Part shown: positions 8,810-18,285 of the stretch, in pieces
Numbering within the stretch: position 1 is the stretch's first letter
How the letters are laid out: the number at the start of each line of letters is the position of its first letter
The notes under the pieces: model-generated
The model's database searches: none
Seen by the model: the letters and a program-made list of their open reading frames with translations, nothing else
What the model was told of the DNA's origin: nothing
Made by a program: the position numbers and the translations under genes
NCBI GenBank assembly: GCA_944391805.1
Contig: CALXUY010000093.1
Location: 4,688-68,687 of the forward strand
Direction: 5' to 3'
Source of the DNA: an uncultured Clostridia bacterium
GTDB lineage: Bacteria; Bacillota; Clostridia; Oscillospirales; CAG-272
DNA length: 64,000 nucleotides

Positions 8810-9060
8810 AACAATGCCTCCTTTTGCCACCAACATAGACAGACAAATGAATTTGTGATAAATAGATAAATTCCATATTCATTATAACACACTTTTAATG
8901 GATTTGTCAACCGGAATTTTCCTGTACAAAGAAAAAAATACACCGACCGGAGCAAGGATCGGACGGGCAGGGATAACCGCCGGCGGAAAGCCTGGCACTG
9001 CGGTTTGCCGCGGCCAAAGTTTACCGGAGACACGGCCGGTATAGAAGGGCAGGCAGATCA

Positions 9061-9100
9061 AAAGGGGGCGACGCTCACAGGATCGCGTCCCCCCCCTTTT
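9061..9100. terminator. Hairpin flanked by an A-tract and a T-tract, downstream of the DUF1294 gene
   Basis: AAAGGGGGCGACGC ... GCGTCCCCCCCTTTTT; GC-rich stem with one bulge. Confidence 0.55.
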
Positions 9101-9195
9101 TGATCAATCCCTCCAACGAAGGGTCTCCCGAACACCGCTGCTTGCGCGGATGGGTTCGGCTCTGCCGCTTCCCCGGCTGCTGCCGTGCTGTCGTC

Positions 9196-9462
9196 CTAAA
9201 GGAGCAGAACGGCGGCCGCAATCTGCCAGAGCAATCCGAGCAGTACCGCCGCCCAGAAATACCAATGCCGGGTTTTGTGCCGGAACAGCAGCATTCCCAG
9301 CAGCGCGCCGGCGGCTCCGCCCAGCAGCGCGCAGCCGAGCAGAACCGACTCGCGGATGCGCCAGCGGCGATGCTTGGCCTTGCATTTGTCCCAGCCGTAG
9401 AGCACAAGGGCAAGCAGGCTCATACCGGCGCAGAAGGTGAGAAACAGCCGAAACGCAGTCAT
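9196..9462 (-). CDS. DUF1294 family small membrane protein
   Basis: YGWDKCKAKHRRWRIRESVLL...GGAAGALLGMLLFRHKTRH matches the DUF1294 pattern. Confidence 0.75.
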   Translation of the reverse strand: MTAFRLFLTFCAGMSLLALVLYGWDKCKAKHRRWRIRESVLLGCALLGGAAGALLGMLLFRHKTRHWYFWAAVLLGLLWQIAAAVLLL

Positions 9463-9705
9463 TGGTATCCCTCTCTTTCATGGTTTTCCCGGCCGTTGCC
9501 GGGGCAGATTCCTGCGCCCGCTGCTGGCTGCACGGCGGGGCTTTGGTCGCGTGCCGGCTCCCGTCCGGAACGGATATACAGGAGGACGCACGCGATCACG
9601 TCGGCACAGAACACAAACCGGCAGATGCCGAGCAGCACGGCCTGCCGGGCTGTCAGCCGGTGTTCCCGAAACCGTTCGCTCCGGCTGCCTCGGGAATTCC
9701 GAAAA

Positions 9706-10602
9706 TCAGTTTGTTTTCTTCCGGAGCGCGTGGAGCAGGATATAGAGCCCGGTGCAGGCGATGGCGGCGACGCCGAGAATGAGATACATAGCCGGTATGC
9801 CGACCGGCCTGCCGAAAACGGAAGGGCTGCAATCCAGCGATTGCCTGATCTGCCCGACAATCTCTGCGGGAACCCCTTGGCTTTGCAGCTCGGCAAAAGC
9901 GCCCCGCATGGCGTGATTGCGGATGAGAGAGGTGCCGTAGGTGCCGGGCAAAAGCCAAAGCACGCGCTGCAGCTCCTCTCCAAAGGAGGCAATCGGCATA
10001 TACGCGCCGCACAGGAAGCCATAGCCTGCGCTGATGATGGCGCCCACTGCCGAAATCTGCCCCTGTGTGGACAAAAAACAGTTGATAACCGAGGACAGGC
10101 CGGTCCCGAACAGCGACAGCAGAAGCACATCCAAAAACAAAAGCAGCACGTCCGCCGCCGACAGATACCACCCCACAACGGCCACATAAGCAAGACAGAC
10201 GCCGGTTGCGGCAAAGCAGACGATCAGCGTGGAGAGCAGGGTTGCCGCATAATAGCCCATCGAAAGCGCGGATGGGCGCACCGGGGTCATTTTCAGATCC
10301 CGGATTGTGCCGTTGGCCTTGTCCTGTACCATCAGAAAATTGGAGCAGAAGGCAACCGTTACACAGGAAACGGCCAGAATCGAGGAGATCAACTGGCCGC
10401 CCACCAGCCCCTCGACCACCTCGTCGGAGATTGCCGACGTGTCGGGGAGACTCGATGCGAAGCTGTCGCGGTAGATGCCTCCGAGAAAGGTTGCGTACAG
10501 TACAAGCAGGATGGCAGGCGTAATCAGAGAGGTGAAGAACATACCTTTGTCACGGAAGAACAGCTTGACGTTCCGTTTGACGAGCGCGAACAGTATTTTC
10601 AT
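9706..10602 (-). CDS. ABC-2 type transporter permease
   Basis: About six TM segments. The start overlaps the upstream ATPase stop (ATGA). Confidence 0.75.
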   Translation of the reverse strand: MKILFALVKRNVKLFFRDKGMFFTSLITPAILLVLYATFLGGIYRDSFASSLPDTSAISDEVVEGLVGGQLISSILAVSCVTVAFCSNFLMVQDKANGTIRDLKMTPVRPSALSMGYYAATLLSTLIVCFAATGVCLAYVAVVGWYLSAADVLLLFLDVLLLSLFGTGLSSVINCFLSTQGQISAVGAIISAGYGFLCGAYMPIASFGEELQRVLWLLPGTYGTSLIRNHAMRGAFAELQSQGVPAEIVGQIRQSLDCSPSVFGRPVGIPAMYLILGVAAIACTGLYILLHALRKKTN

Positions 10603-11513
10603 TTTTCCGCATCCTCCGCAAGCGTTTTGCCTGTGACCGCAAGGAACACATCGTCCATTTTTCCCTTTGTGATCTCATAATCCCGGAAGATTTCGGGGTG
10701 CTTCAGAATCAGCGCGGTTGCCGCTTTGGTGTCCGGAACCGACAGGCGATAAGCGTCCCGGAGCCGCTCGTAATGTGTGCCGAGCACCTGAATCTCGGCC
10801 TCGCTCACACCGTACAGCGTGATATAATCTCCGGTATACGTGTTTTTCAGCTCCAGCGGCGTCCCCTCGGCCGATATTCTGCCTCCGTCGATGATCACGA
10901 CATCATCGGCGTCGGCGGCCTCCTCCATATAGTGCGTGGTCAGAAACACGGTCATATGCTCGTTTTTGCGCAGCCCGGAGACAACGCTCCAGAGCGTTTT
11001 GCGGGTCTGCGGGTCCAATCCGGTTGTCGGTTCGTCCAGAATCAGGATTCTGGGCCTGTGGAACAGCGCCCTTGCAATGTCGATTCTGCGGCGCTGCCCA
11101 CCCGACAGTCTGCCCACCGTGCGCCGGAGCAGATCGCCGAATTCCAGCAGCTCCGCAAGCTCAGAAAGGCGCTTCCGGAACGCGGCCCCGGTGATCCCGT
11201 ACAGGGCGGCGCGGCTTTCGAGATTGTCGTAAACCGACAGCGGCGAATCGAGCACAGAGGATTGAAATACCACGCCGAGCTCGCGCCTGATGGCGTCCGC
11301 CTGCTTGTCAGGGTCGTGCCCGTCAATGACAATCCTTCCGCTGTCCTTTGCCAACTGGCCGCACATGATGTTGATGGTGGTGGATTTCCCCGCACCGTTG
11401 ACGCCGAGAAAGGCGAACAGCTCTCCTTCTCTGACGCGAAAGCTCAGGTCCTGCACCGCTTTGACCTCTCCGAAGCGTTTGTTCAGGTGATCGATCTGTA
11501 TGATGTTTTTCAT
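10599..11513 (-). CDS. ABC transporter ATP-binding protein
   Basis: Walker A GVNGAGKST, signature LSGGQRRR, Walker B ILILDEPT. ATG 11513 has SD GGAGGA 4-5 nt upstream, so the track start 11573 is not used. Confidence 0.9.
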   Translation of the reverse strand: MKNIIQIDHLNKRFGEVKAVQDLSFRVREGELFAFLGVNGAGKSTTINIMCGQLAKDSGRIVIDGHDPDKQADAIRRELGVVFQSSVLDSPLSVYDNLESRAALYGITGAAFRKRLSELAELLEFGDLLRRTVGRLSGGQRRRIDIARALFHRPRILILDEPTTGLDPQTRKTLWSVVSGLRKNEHMTVFLTTHYMEEAADADDVVIIDGGRISAEGTPLELKNTYTGDYITLYGVSEAEIQVLGTHYERLRDAYRLSVPDTKAATALILKHPEIFRDYEITKGKMDDVFLAVTGKTLAEDAEK

Positions 11514-11576
11514 GGTTTCCTCCGATGTGGCGGTCGCTTGTCGTCGCCCGCCCGGGTTTGTTCTGTCCTCCATCCG

Positions 11577-12656
11577 TCAAAGAATCAGCATCGCATCCCC
11601 AAAGCTGAAGAAGCGGTAGCGCTCCTGCACGGCGATGCGGTATGCCTCCAGCATCTTCTCTCGGCTGTAAAAGGCCGACACCAGCATCAGCAGGGTGCTC
11701 TGCGGCAGATGGAAATTGGTGATCAGCGCATCCACGGCCTTGAAGCGATAGCCGGGGTAGATGAAAATGCCGGTGTCCCCATGCATGGCGGGAATGCGGC
11801 CGTCCTCGTCCGCAACGGTTTCAATCGTGCGGCAGGAGGTGGTGCCCACGCAGATCAGCCGTCCCCCCGCCTGCCTGCGTTCGTTGATGATGCGGGCGCT
11901 CTCGGCGGGTACCGAGAAGAACTCGCTGTGCATCACGTGCCGGTCGATGCGGTCGGCCTTGACCGGGCGGAAGGTGCCAAGCCCCACATGCAGCATCACA
12001 GGAGCAATGGCAACGCCCTTGCTCCGGATGCGGTCGAGCAGCTCGGTGGTAAAGTGCAGCCCTGCCGTCGGCGCGGCGGCCGAGCCCTCCTCCCGGGCGT
12101 ACACCGTCTGGTAGCGGTCGTTGTCCTGGAGCTGCTCGGTGATATATGGAGGCAGAGGCATCAGGCCGATCCGGTGGAGAATATCATAGATACTGCTGTA
12201 CCGGCTTTCGTCATAGGAGAAGCGGATGAGGCGGTTGCCCTCCTCCACAATGTCGGTGACCTCGCCGGTCAGCATGCCCTCTCCGAACACCGCCCGCATT
12301 CCCACGCGCGCGCGCTTGCCCGGCTTCACCAGTACCTCCCACAGGTTCAGCTCGCGCTGACGCAGCAGCAAAAGCTCCAGCGCCGCATCGGGACGGTCCT
12401 CCACATGTCCGTAGAGCCGGGCAGGAATCACCTTGGAATCATTGATCACCAGCACATCTTCCGGGTGCAGATAATCGGTGATGTCCGAAAAGTGCCGGTG
12501 CTCGATGCCGCCCGTGTCCCGGTGCAGCACCATCAGGCGGGAGGCGTCCCGCCGCTGGGCGGGGGTCTGGGCGATCAGCTCCCGCGGCAGCTCATAATCA
12601 AAATCGGCGGTGCGCAGCTCGGTCTCGGGCTGTTTGTTGACAATGATCTCACTCAT
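11577..12656 (-). CDS. queA: S-adenosylmethionine:tRNA ribosyltransferase-isomerase
   Basis: [28 protein letters not shown]-terminus and [20 protein letters not shown] motifs. The start is set at MSEIIV (12656), giving the canonical ~359 aa. Confidence 0.9.
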   Translation of the reverse strand: MSEIIVNKQPETELRTADFDYELPRELIAQTPAQRRDASRLMVLHRDTGGIEHRHFSDITDYLHPEDVLVINDSKVIPARLYGHVEDRPDAALELLLLRQRELNLWEVLVKPGKRARVGMRAVFGEGMLTGEVTDIVEEGNRLIRFSYDESRYSSIYDILHRIGLMPLPPYITEQLQDNDRYQTVYAREEGSAAAPTAGLHFTTELLDRIRSKGVAIAPVMLHVGLGTFRPVKADRIDRHVMHSEFFSVPAESARIINERRQAGGRLICVGTTSCRTIETVADEDGRIPAMHGDTGIFIYPGYRFKAVDALITNFHLPQSTLLMLVSAFYSREKMLEAYRIAVQERYRFFSFGDAMLIL

Positions 12657-12758
12657 ACTCCAAAATTCTTCTTTCCACACATTTTTCGCAACATTCTTCG
12701 CAAAATCCGCTCCCTGCGCATATTCTGAAAAGGGAAGCGGCAGCTGTATCCGGCTTTT

Positions 12759-12787
12759 ATTATATCTCAGATCGGCTGTTTTTGCAA
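12759..12787 (-). promoter_or_regulatory. SigA-type promoter for queA (TTGCAA-17-TATAAT)
   Basis: -35 at 12782-12787 and -10 at 12759-12764 on the minus strand, with an exact 17-nt spacer. Confidence 0.5.
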
Positions 12788-12840
12788 CCCTTATTTTTTG
12801 AAACGGCCGGATTTTTTCCGGCCGGAAAGGAGAAAAAGCA

Positions 12841-13728
12841 ATGAGCCTGCACAAACCAACCGTGTTCAAGGGAGCGGCCACTGCCCTGATTACCCCATTC
12901 CGGGAGGGGGCAATTGACTATGAGGCGCTCGAGGGGTTGATTGAAGGGCAGATTCAGGCGGGAGTGAGCGCCCTGCTGGTTGCGGGAACCACCGGGGAGA
13001 GCGCCACACTGTCCTTTGCCGAACACGGAGAGCTGGTGGCCTTTGCCAGGGACCGCATAAAGGGGCGTGTCCCGCTGCTTGCGGGCTGCGGCTCCAACTG
13101 TACCTCCCGTGCCGAGGAGCTCGCACGCATTGCCTGCCGTTCGGGGGCGGACGCGCTGCTCGCGGTCACTCCCTATTATAATAAAACGTCGGACCGGGGA
13201 ATTCTCCTGCATTTCCGGTCGATTGCGGAGGCCTCCTCCCGGCCGGTCATACTGTATCATGTTCCGTCGCGTACCGGCTTTCATATGACCATGCGCCACT
13301 ACCGGGAGCTTGCGAAGCACGAGCGGATTGTGGGGGTCAAGGAGGCCTCCGGCGATCTCTCGCTGCTGGAGAGCCTGTGCTCGGAGTGCGGGGACGTGCT
13401 TGACGTGTACACCGGCAACGACGAGCAGACCGTGGCAGCCATGCGGCTGGGCGCCATGGGCGTGGTGTCGGTCTGCTCCAATGTTGTTCCGCGCAAAATG
13501 GTGGAGCTTTGCCGCCTGTGTGCCGAGGGGGAGTGGAAGCGGGCAGGGCAGAAGCTGCGCAAGCTCCAGCCCCTGATGACCGAGCTGTTCCGGGAGGTCA
13601 ATCCGATTCCGGTCAAATATCTCGCGTCTCTCATGGGGCTTTGCGCACCGGAGTATCGCCTGCCGCTCTGCCCCCCTGCGCCGGAAACCTGCAAACGTTT
13701 GGAGGGCATGCTGGTGCTGGACGATTGA
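12841..13728 (+). CDS. dapA: 4-hydroxy-tetrahydrodipicolinate synthase
   Basis: [10 protein letters not shown]...[14 protein letters not shown]...VPSRTG motifs. SD GGAAAGGAG. Confidence 0.9.
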   Translation: MSLHKPTVFKGAATALITPFREGAIDYEALEGLIEGQIQAGVSALLVAGTTGESATLSFAEHGELVAFARDRIKGRVPLLAGCGSNCTSRAEELARIACRSGADALLAVTPYYNKTSDRGILLHFRSIAEASSRPVILYHVPSRTGFHMTMRHYRELAKHERIVGVKEASGDLSLLESLCSECGDVLDVYTGNDEQTVAAMRLGAMGVVSVCSNVVPRKMVELCRLCAEGEWKRAGQKLRKLQPLMTELFREVNPIPVKYLASLMGLCAPEYRLPLCPPAPETCKRLEGMLVLDD

Positions 13729-13896
13729 CGCGCGCCGGCCGGATGGATTTTCGGGCTGTGGAGCGGCATTTTCTTTTCTTTGAATGGAAGAGGAGATTAA
13801 AAGCGGGCGAGGAGCCTTCCGGGAGAGGCGCTTCCATAAACGCCGCTTACCGGGACGGAGTCCGAGGGGCCGGGCAAATGACACATCAAACGCATG

Positions 13897-13930
13897 GAGG
13901 GGATGTTCGCATGCGCGCGAACATCCCCTC
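13897..13930. terminator. Bidirectional hairpin between dapA and the phage-like module
   Basis: 14-bp stem: GAGGGGATGTTCGC pairs with GCGAACATCCCCTC, loop ATGCGC. Confidence 0.55.
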
Positions 13931-13952
13931 TCCCTGTCCCGACGCTTTTGCG

Positions 13953-14345
13953 TCAGGCGGTTTCATATTTCTGCACGGTATTTTCGGTCTGCCACGGAAT
14001 CGCGCGCGACAGCTCCTCAAGCAGTGCCGAGCAAAGCCCGGAGAGCGACGCCGACAGCTCCGGATTTTCCTCCAGAACCAGCAGCGAGGCGAGCAGTGCC
14101 GAGGCCGGAGGCGCAAACGGAGCGCTGAGCGGAAAATCCGCGTCCAGAGACCATGAGCAGGACTCGGGCAGGCTGTGCGGAGCCTCATCGTTTGCAATCC
14201 GCCAGAAGCTGTCCAGCCGAGCGCATCGTGCGCAGACCACGGGCAGCAGGAAGCAGGCCCGCTCCTCGTAATCGGTATTCTGGGTGGAAGCCTGCCGCTC
14301 GCTCGCAAGCCCGAGCGCGGCCTTGTAAATGTCCCGGTTGGTCAT
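13953..14345 (-). CDS. Phage-module hypothetical protein (130 aa; position suggests a head completion or connector protein)
   Basis: Starts 17 nt after the coat gene stop. No motif was recognised; the role is inferred only from gene order. Confidence 0.5.
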   Translation of the reverse strand: MTNRDIYKAALGLASERQASTQNTDYEERACFLLPVVCARCARLDSFWRIANDEAPHSLPESCSWSLDADFPLSAPFAPPASALLASLLVLEENPELSASLSGLCSALLEELSRAIPWQTENTVQKYETA

Positions 14346-14362
14346 GGCGGCGCGGCCTCCCC

Positions 14363-15199
14363 TCAGGTTGTGGAAACGCCCAGGCTCATCACCAGAATTT
14401 CGGTGGGATAAACAATCTTGGCGCCGTAGAGGTGAAGTCCCTTGACCGCGTCGGCAAAGCGGCGCTCGGGGCGGTAGGCTTCAATTTCCGAGAGCTGCTC
14501 GGCGTAGGCCACCGCGCGGCGGGTGCGCGCAATACATTCGTAGGTGCGCACCGAGCTCTCCAGCGAGCTGGAGATGTTGGAGGAGACGTAGATTTTGCAG
14601 CCGCCGATGCTGCCGATGCAGCCCTGCTCCAGTGCGGAGGTGTTGTCGGTGGCGAGCTCCATTTTGGCCTTGAGAATCAGGCCGGCAATGTCGGGAGAGA
14701 CCTCAATCACAATGTCGGAGGGATCGGTCACGTTCTGCTTGAGCAGCGTGGTACGGGCGTCAATCAGAATATCGAGAATGTTGCTGGACGTCACGCTGGC
14801 GTTCGCCGTGCTCTGCCCGGACTGTGCGCAGGTCGAGTATACATACTGGTCGGCAACTCCGGCCAGCGCGTTTGCCGCGTTTTTCAGGGCGGCCTCCATC
14901 AGTCGGGGCATACTCTGGGCCCGGTCCACATCGTCGATCTGAAAGTTGAAGTACTTTGCCTGGTCAATCACCAGCTCCTTGTAGGAGTCCGAGAGGGTTT
15001 CGGGGGTGGAGATGTCGGTGTTTTTGGTGTAGCTGCCAACGGTTACGTTGCCCACGCCGCAAATGCGGACCTTGTTGCCTTTTTCGCGGATATCCCCCTC
15101 AAACTCGCGGTTGCAGTTGGCAACGCCGATGTATTTCTGGTTCAGCGCCTGCAGCAGGCTTTCGCTCCAGATGGTGGGAATGAAATTTGTAATTGCCAT
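14363..15199 (-). CDS. Major capsid protein, P22-coat-like family (278 aa)
   Basis: MAITNFIPTIWSESLL...NREFEGDI...KYFNFQIDDVDRAQ...AEQLSEIEAYRPERRFADAVKGLHLYGAKIV is typical of the small P22-coat-like capsid family. Confidence 0.75.
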   Translation of the reverse strand: MAITNFIPTIWSESLLQALNQKYIGVANCNREFEGDIREKGNKVRICGVGNVTVGSYTKNTDISTPETLSDSYKELVIDQAKYFNFQIDDVDRAQSMPRLMEAALKNAANALAGVADQYVYSTCAQSGQSTANASVTSSNILDILIDARTTLLKQNVTDPSDIVIEVSPDIAGLILKAKMELATDNTSALEQGCIGSIGGCKIYVSSNISSSLESSVRTYECIARTRRAVAYAEQLSEIEAYRPERRFADAVKGLHLYGAKIVYPTEILVMSLGVSTT

Positions 15200-15251
15200 G
15201 ATGAAAATTCCTTTCTTTTCATAAATTTTTTGAAATCAGAATCAGATTGGT

Positions 15252-16742
15252 TCAGCTCCATTTCTGCATGGACTGCAGAATGGTACGGTAATTTTGCCTG
15301 ACCTCCTCGGCCGACATGGCGCGAACCTCGTCGGGAGAGAAATAGGAGGGAGGCGGCTGCCCGGCCGAGCCGGCAGAGCGCATCCGGTTGAGGCGATTGG
15401 CCTCCTGCGCGATTTCCTGCGTGCGCGTCCGGCGTCGCTCGGCCAGCGCGTAGGCTGCCGGAAGGGGAACCCCCTGCCGCACCTCCTCCCAGATGCTCTC
15501 GGGGAGGGCAGAGAGGGGAACGTCGGGGTAGAGCTGCCGGAACTCCTCGCAGTCCCGCGCATATCGCGCGGAGAGCTGCCGCTGAAGCTCCAGCTCGGCC
15601 CGCAGGCGGGTAACTTCGGCGCGCAGCGCTTCTGTATCCTGACCATCGGAGCCTGGCGCAGCCGGGCGGCTGCCCGCGGTGCCGGCCGCTTCGGGGGAAG
15701 GGGTACTTGCCGGTTCGGCATGCTGCACGCCTCCGCCGGAAGGGTCGGTTGCCCCGCCTCCGCGCACCGCTGTGCCGGAATGCTGCGCCGCGGCCGCACC
15801 GTTCGGGGGAACAGGCCGGGCATCCCCGTCTGCCGCAGTCTTCCGGCCGTCTGTCGTCCCACCGGCGGGCTTTGCAATGTCTGCATCCCCGTCGGTAGTG
15901 TGGACCGGTGATCGGTCACTGCCATCCGGCGGATTTGCCGCACCGGTACCGGACGGGTCGGCGGCATTTCGTTGCTTCAGCAGGTCGCCGGCCCGGTAGG
16001 CAATCCAGCCGTGGCCGAGTGCGTCGGTCGGCTCCGCGTCCTTGGAGGGCGTGCCGTTTTCACGGCCCTCACAGGCCGACAGGCAGCCCATCAGGTTGCA
16101 GGCGTCTGTATACCCGTAGTTTTTCCAGAAGCCGCCGCAGGCGCTGGCTGTGCTGCCGGAGCTTTTGGAGGCACTTGCTGTATTGGACATAGCCGACGCT
16201 TTGCCGGAGCCGTCAGACGAAGTGTCGGCTTTGCTCTCCAAGGCCGGTTTTTGATTGCCGTTCCCGTTCTGACCTCCGTTCGCCGTCTGCGCGAACGGGG
16301 ATGCGTTGGGATAAAGATAGGCGTAGGCCGGCTTCATTTCGGCAAGGTCGGCTTCCTCCTGCGGCGGTACATCGGGCAGAGAATCGTCCGGCCGGTGGTT
16401 GGAGCCGTTCGCGGGCGATGCTTCATGTACTGCGTGAGTGAATGGGGATGTGTCGGAACAGATGAAATAGGCGGGAGCCAGCTCCGGATCGGACGGGGCA
16501 CCCCCCGGCAGCGTTCCGTGCGGTGTGTTCTCCGGTTTACAAGCGGCATTTGTAAGCGCTCCGGTGCTGCCTGCGGGGGATCCGGTCTTGCCTCCGGCCG
16601 CCTGCCCGGAGTGGTCTGCCGCTTGTCCGGCTTCTGCCGGCGCGGCGGAATCCTTCTGTGTGCTGCGCTGCTCCGTTTCGCCGGCAGCCCCTGTGGGAAA
16701 TTGCGGCACGTTGGTGATTTCTTTATTCTGTTCACGGTTCAT
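15252..16742 (-). CDS. Scaffolding-like protein: ~370-aa disordered Gly/Ala/Pro/Ser/Thr-rich region plus a C-terminal coiled coil
   Basis: ATG 16742 (MNREQNK) has SD GGAGA and an 11-nt overlap with the portal stop. Coiled-coil segment TEALRAEVTRLRAELELQRQL. It sits between portal and coat. Confidence 0.6.
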   Translation of the reverse strand: MNREQNKEITNVPQFPTGAAGETEQRSTQKDSAAPAEAGQAADHSGQAAGGKTGSPAGSTGALTNAACKPENTPHGTLPGGAPSDPELAPAYFICSDTSPFTHAVHEASPANGSNHRPDDSLPDVPPQEEADLAEMKPAYAYLYPNASPFAQTANGGQNGNGNQKPALESKADTSSDGSGKASAMSNTASASKSSGSTASACGGFWKNYGYTDACNLMGCLSACEGRENGTPSKDAEPTDALGHGWIAYRAGDLLKQRNAADPSGTGAANPPDGSDRSPVHTTDGDADIAKPAGGTTDGRKTAADGDARPVPPNGAAAAQHSGTAVRGGGATDPSGGGVQHAEPASTPSPEAAGTAGSRPAAPGSDGQDTEALRAEVTRLRAELELQRQLSARYARDCEEFRQLYPDVPLSALPESIWEEVRQGVPLPAAYALAERRRTRTQEIAQEANRLNRMRSAGSAGQPPPSYFSPDEVRAMSAEEVRQNYRTILQSMQKWS

Positions 16743-18270
16743 TTCGGTTCTCCTTTCCCGCGGCGATGCTTTGCAGCAGCGCGTTTTTGTCGCTGATACA
16801 GCCCTCGGGCAGGTGCTCGAGATACTGCTGCACCGTGATGTGTCCCAGCTCCAGCAGGCGGTCGAGCAGTGCGACGGTTGCCGCCGGGGTAAAGCGGTCC
16901 ACGCTGCCGGTCTCGGCTGTGGCATGCAGCAGCTCCTGTCGCAGCAGCGCATAGTTGACAGCCTTTGCCCGGACGGTTCCGCCCTCGGGTACCGGCAGCA
17001 GACGCTCGGGCGGGGAATAGGTGCAGAGCATGTCCGCCCAGATCGAGGCCAGCTCGCCGATGCAGCGGGCAAAGCGTGCCTCAACCTGCCGCAGCGCCAC
17101 ACGCGAGGCCTCCTGCAGAGCAAGAATTGCGCTGGTGTTGTTGGCGCGCTCGTCTCCCAGAGCCGATTCGGTTGCACCCATCATGCTTTTGGTATTTTCA
17201 ATCACGCTGGTAATCAGGTCGAGATACCCGTCCTGCATCTGTCCCACACCCAGCACGGACACCGCGTCGGATACGTTTCCGCCCCCCATCGCGGCAATGG
17301 CCTCTCCCACCTCATTTGTCCACTCGGGAATGCGGGATTTGTCGTAGATGACCTTGGAAAAGGCCGTGTCGCTCATATGCTTCATGGCCATCGCGTAGGC
17401 CGAGTTGATATAGCGCTGATTGGGCACCAGCTCGGTGATCGGGGAGACGCCGTGAAAGGAATTGCGCGAGGGGTACCAGTTGAAGTACGCGAACGGGTAA
17501 TTCCGCAGCCCGGTGGAGGCGCGGCGGATGGTCGCCTCCCGGGTGCACTTTTCAAACACCACCTCTCCGTTTTCTCTGGAAAAGCGGATCAGATAGGTTG
17601 CCTTTTCGCTGCCTGCGGGGAGAGAGATGCTACCGGACTCGTCGCCGTCGTCCGGCAGGATGCGCCGCAGCTCGTCCTCGGTCCGTCCCGCTTCTGCGGC
17701 CTCCCGCCGCAGGCTCTCCACAGTGGCTCTTCCCGAGAGCAGAATGAAATCCTGCGACTGAATGTCCGCCCGCTCGGGGTCGGCAGGGAAAAAGCTGGTG
17801 TTGGGAATCACGTCGGTGCGGATGTCTCCGCAAAAGGGCTGACCGCAGGTGCAGGAGTCGTCCCACCAGCAGTAGAAGATGCCGTCCCCTGTGATGGCGG
17901 CCTCGAGCAGTGCGCGCTGGGAAAGCTCGTTCATGCGGTTCTGCGTCCAGCGGTAGGCCGCGTTTTGGTTGAGCAGTGAGAGCGCTTCGGTGACTTGCTC
18001 GCGCTGGGCCGCCGTTTCGAGAAAGGGCAGGCGGTCGTCGGTGTAGTGGATCGAAAGCTCGCCGGGGGCTACCGCGCCGATGAGATAATCGGTGATCCGA
18101 CGGATCAGATTGAACACCGGGCGCGGGAGGTCTGCGGGGCTGCTTTGCCACTGCTTGCCGCTGTAAAACTGTTCGTTCCTGCGCACCGTGTCATAAAGTC
18201 CAATGCGCTGTTTGTAGTCCCGGCCGGCTTCATACAGCCGCCAGATGTTGGTTGGTTGTTGCTGTTTCAT
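16732..18270 (-). CDS. Phage portal protein
   Basis: 512 aa. NEQFYSGKQWQ near the N-terminus is typical of portals. Placement between terL and scaffold/coat fits. SD GGAGGG. Confidence 0.75.
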   Translation of the reverse strand: MKQQQPTNIWRLYEAGRDYKQRIGLYDTVRRNEQFYSGKQWQSSPADLPRPVFNLIRRITDYLIGAVAPGELSIHYTDDRLPFLETAAQREQVTEALSLLNQNAAYRWTQNRMNELSQRALLEAAITGDGIFYCWWDDSCTCGQPFCGDIRTDVIPNTSFFPADPERADIQSQDFILLSGRATVESLRREAAEAGRTEDELRRILPDDGDESGSISLPAGSEKATYLIRFSRENGEVVFEKCTREATIRRASTGLRNYPFAYFNWYPSRNSFHGVSPITELVPNQRYINSAYAMAMKHMSDTAFSKVIYDKSRIPEWTNEVGEAIAAMGGGNVSDAVSVLGVGQMQDGYLDLITSVIENTKSMMGATESALGDERANNTSAILALQEASRVALRQVEARFARCIGELASIWADMLCTYSPPERLLPVPEGGTVRAKAVNYALLRQELLHATAETGSVDRFTPAATVALLDRLLELGHITVQQYLEHLPEGCISDKNALLQSIAAGKENRNEP

Positions 18271-18285
18271 GTTTCCCTCCGATGG

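Noticed and set aside
8806-9033. 75-aa ORF on the minus strand upstream of the cytidylate-kinase-like gene
   Set aside because: It overlaps the promoter/leader region and the real gene start. It has no SD and an implausible composition.
10698-12728. 676-aa ORF on the plus strand
   Set aside because: It is antisense to the well-supported ABC ATPase and queA genes. The translation is low-complexity and Arg/Gly/His-rich.
12657-12840. Lysine riboswitch (L-box) upstream of dapA
   Set aside because: Only ~185 nt are shared with the divergent queA promoter, and I could not see the L-box conserved cores. Only a short hairpin (GGCCGGA-TTTTTT-CCGGCC) precedes the SD.
12760-13884. 374-aa ORF on the minus strand
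   Set aside because: It is antisense to dapA, whose motifs are unambiguous, and it has no motif of its own.
13729-13952. attL/attR-type direct repeats flanking the phage-like module (compared with 22630-22973)
   Set aside because: Reading by eye found no shared repeat longer than ~8 nt (ATTAAAAG), which is not significant. A proper alignment is needed.
16743-17177. Upstream extension of the scaffold ORF (track start 17177), overlapping portal in another frame
   Set aside because: The extension is Arg/Cys/Pro-rich. ATG 16742 has an SD and the usual short overlap with the portal stop.
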